From the NCBI GenBank assembly GCA_964016885.1, contig OZ024748.1:26226001-26290000 (forward strand): a DNA stretch of 64,000 nt. Reading direction: 5' to 3'. The first letter of the stretch is position 1. Each line of letters begins with the position of its first letter. Position numbers and translations under genes: made by a program. Origin of the DNA: Eledone cirrhosa. Its lineage: Eukaryota. This document shows, piece after piece, positions 61,101 through 64,000 of the stretch. The notes under the pieces were generated by a model. That model searched no databases and had not been told where the DNA came from. It saw nothing but the letters and a program-made list of their open reading frames with translations.

Positions 61101-64000
61101 ACAACTCAGACAGAACTTACACCACAACAAACAACACCTCCTGAAGAAACCACTCTGTCTACTCAGGTAGAGGACATCGAAAGGGTGACAGCAACACAAG
61201 TTGCTAGCACAATGCATACATCACCTGAAACAACAGTTGTTTCATCTCCTGAACACACTTCTATGACACCTACACATGAACTCACTATTAAAGAATACAA
61301 AACTGAGACATCAACTGAAAAATCACTACCTATGACGACACCTACAAGCACATCAGAAAAGATCAATGAAACTAGAACAGACACAACAGCAACAACATCA
61401 CAGCTTCCTTCAACAAGTGAAATCCATATAGAAACTCCTAAATCTACTTCTGAAATGCCTCATATAACTGACATTGAAACAAGTACAGTGGAAAGAACAA
61501 CACAAGTTACAGATATTGAAACTGAGCGCACAACTCAGATAGAAATTACACCACAGCAAACAACATCTGCTGAAGAAAAAACACTGTATACTCAGGTAGA
61601 GGACTTCGTAAAGGTGACACCAACACAAGTTGCTAGCACAATGCATACATCACCTGAAACAACAGTTGTTTCATCTCCAGAACACACCTCTATAACACCT
61701 ACAGATGAACTTACTAGTATTGAATATACAACTGAGAGATCAACTGAAAAATCACTACCTATGACAACACCTACAAGCACAGCAGAAAAGATCACTGAAA
61801 CTAGAACAGACACAGCAGCAACAACATCACAGCTTCCTTCAACAAGTGAAATCCATATAGAAACTCATAAATCTACTTCTGAACTGCCTCATATAATTGA
61901 CATTGAAACAAGTACAGTGGAAAGAACAAGACAAATTACAGATATTGAAACTGAACGCACAACTCAGACAGAAATTACACCACAACAAACAACATCTCCT
62001 GAAGAAACAACTCTGTCTACTCAGGTAGAGGACATCGAAAAGGTGACACCAACACAAGTTGCTAGCACAATGCATACATCACCTGAAACAACAGTTGTTT
62101 CATCTCCTGAACACACCTCTATAACAATTACAGATGAACTTACTAGTATTGAATATACAACTGAGACATCAACTGAAAAACCACTACCTATCAAGACACC
62201 TACAAGCACAGCAGAAAAGATCACTGAAACTAGAACAGACACAACAGCAACAACATCACAGCTTCCTTCAACAAGTGAAATCCATATAGAAACTCCTAAA
62301 TCTACTTCTGAACTGCCTCATATAACTGACATTGAAACAAGTACAGTGGAAAGAACAACACAAATTACAGATATTGAAACTGAACGCACAACTCAGACAG
62401 AAATTACACCACAACAAACAACATCTCCTGAAGAAACAACTCTGTCTACTCAGGTAGAGGACATCGAAAAGGTGACACCAACACAAGTTGCTAGCACAAT
62501 GCATACATCACCTGAAACAACAGTTGTTTCATCTCCTGAACACACCTCTATAACAATTACAGATGAACTTACTAGTATTGAATATACAACTGAGACATCC
62601 ACTGAAAAACCACTACCTATAAAGACACCTACAAGCACAGCTGAAAAGATCACTGAAACTATAACAGACACAACAGCAACAACATCACAGCTTCCTTCAA
62701 CAAGTGAAATCCATATAGAAACTCCTAAATCTACTTCTGAACTGCCTCATATAACTGACATTGAAACAAGTACAGTGGAAAGAACAACACAAGTTACAGA
62801 TATTGAAACTGAACGCACAACTCAGACAGAAATTACACCACAACTAACAACATCTCCTGAAGAAACAACTCTGTCTACTCAGGTAGAGGACATCGAAAAG
62901 GTGACACCAACAACAGTTGTTTCATCTCCTGAACACACCTCTATAACACCTACAGATGAACTTACTAGTATTGAATATACAACTGAGACATCAACTGAAA
63001 AACCACTACCTATCAAGACACATACAAGCACAGCAGAAAAGATCACTGAAACTAGAACAGACACAACAGCAACAACATCACAGGTTCCTTCAACAAGTGA
63101 AATCCATATAGAAACTCATAAATCTACTTCTGAACTGCCTCATATAACTGACATTGAAACAAGTACAGTGGAAAGAACAACACAAGTTACAGATATTGAA
63201 ACTGAGCACACAACTCAGACAGAAATTACACCACAACAAACAACATCTCCTGAAGAAACAACACTGTCTACTCAGGTAGAGGACATCGTAAAGGTGACAC
63301 CAACACAAGTTGCTAGCACAATGCATACATCACCTGAAACAACAGTTTTTTCATCTCCAGAACACACCTCTATAACACCTACAGATGAACTTATTAGTAT
63401 TGAATATACAACTGAGACATCAACTGAAAAACCACTACCTATCAAGACACCTACAAGCACAGCAGAAAAGATCACTGAAACTAGAACAGACACAACAGCA
63501 ACAACATCACAGCTTCCTTCAACAAGTGAAATCCATATAGAAACTCCTAAATCTACTTCTGAACTGCCTCATATAACTGACGTTGAAACGAGTACAGTGG
63601 AAAGAACAACACAAGTTACAGATATTGAAACTGAACGCACAACTCAGACAGAAATTACACCACAACTAACAACATCACCTGAAGAAACAACTCTGTCTAC
63701 TCAGGTAGAGGACATCGAAAAGGTGACACCAACAACAGTTGTTTTATCTCCTGAACACACCTCTATAACACCTACAGATGAACTTACTAGTATGGAATAT
63801 ACAACTGAGACATCAACTGAAAAACCACTACCTATAAAGACACCTACAAGCACAGCTGAAAAGATCACTGAAACTATAACAGACACAACAGCAACAACAT
63901 CACAGCTTCCTTCAACAACTGAAATCCATATAGAAACTCCTAAATCTACTTCTGAACTGCCTCATATAACTGACATTGAAACAAGTACAGTGGAAAGAAC
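28135..64000 (+). CDS. Giant mucin-like exon (>11,900 aa, 3'-partial), in frame with the VWA exon
   Basis: TACTAAC branch point 28106-28112, TTTTTCTATAG acceptor; phase-1 join gives ..SFNV-KKMTTSAYGPTTE; hand-translated start, linker and repeat units have no stop; the Val-rich antisense shadow ORFs keep one frame from 28205 to 63886; its absence from the ORF track is consistent with no stop before the window end. Confidence 0.9.
28480..48600 (+). repeat. Coding 27-bp degenerate repeat, PT(T/I/M)TTTGTT, about 6,700 aa
   Basis: CCTACCATAACAACTACAGGTACAACA consensus; frame is conserved across the domain. Confidence 0.95.
49630..64000 (+). repeat. Coding 429-bp (143-aa) Thr/Glu/Ser/Pro tandem repeat, about 33 copies, with 432- and 393-bp variants
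   Basis: Shadow ORF ends at 49985, 50414, 50846 ... 63701; unit VEDIVKVTPTQVASTMHTSPETTVVSSPE..EIHIETPKSTSELPHITDIETSTVERTTQ..SPEETTLSTQ. Confidence 0.97.

Noticed and set aside
49985-63886. Array of 73/78-aa minus ORFs resembling a small-peptide gene family
   Set aside because: Periodic antisense by-products of the 429-bp coding repeat

Overview
AT-rich, repeat-dense eukaryotic (metazoan) genomic DNA. The SINE/LINE content and microsatellites resemble octopus/coleoid cephalopod genomes, but this assignment is an inference. Positions 1-6290 are a (TA)n satellite with GC interruptions. Positions 6.3-28 kb are mostly intron-like sequence with decayed CR1, RTE and R4/Dong LINEs, tRNA-derived SINEs, minisatellites and a MITE. 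Two things stand out. (1) A plus-strand gene that the ORF track largely misses: a candidate 31-nt signal-peptide exon (13073-13103), a phase 1-1 VWA/MIDAS exon (25515-26066), and one apparently uninterrupted exon from 28135 that runs off the window (>35.8 kb, >11,900 codons). That exon encodes a tri-block mucin-like polymer: a basic Thr/Gly/Pro nonapeptide domain, an N-glycan sequon-rich linker, and an acidic 143-aa tandem repeat. (2) A cluster of nested inverted-repeat elements at 17.4-21.6 kb, in the putative intron, from about five sequence families that carry type I hammerhead-ribozyme motifs (Penelope/retrozyme-like); a sixth, related family appears as a degenerate copy at 14.1 kb and as a copy converted into a perfect palindrome at 18.7 kb. 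The long Val-rich, Cys-rich and Ile-Tyr ORFs in the track are antisense or microsatellite artefacts.
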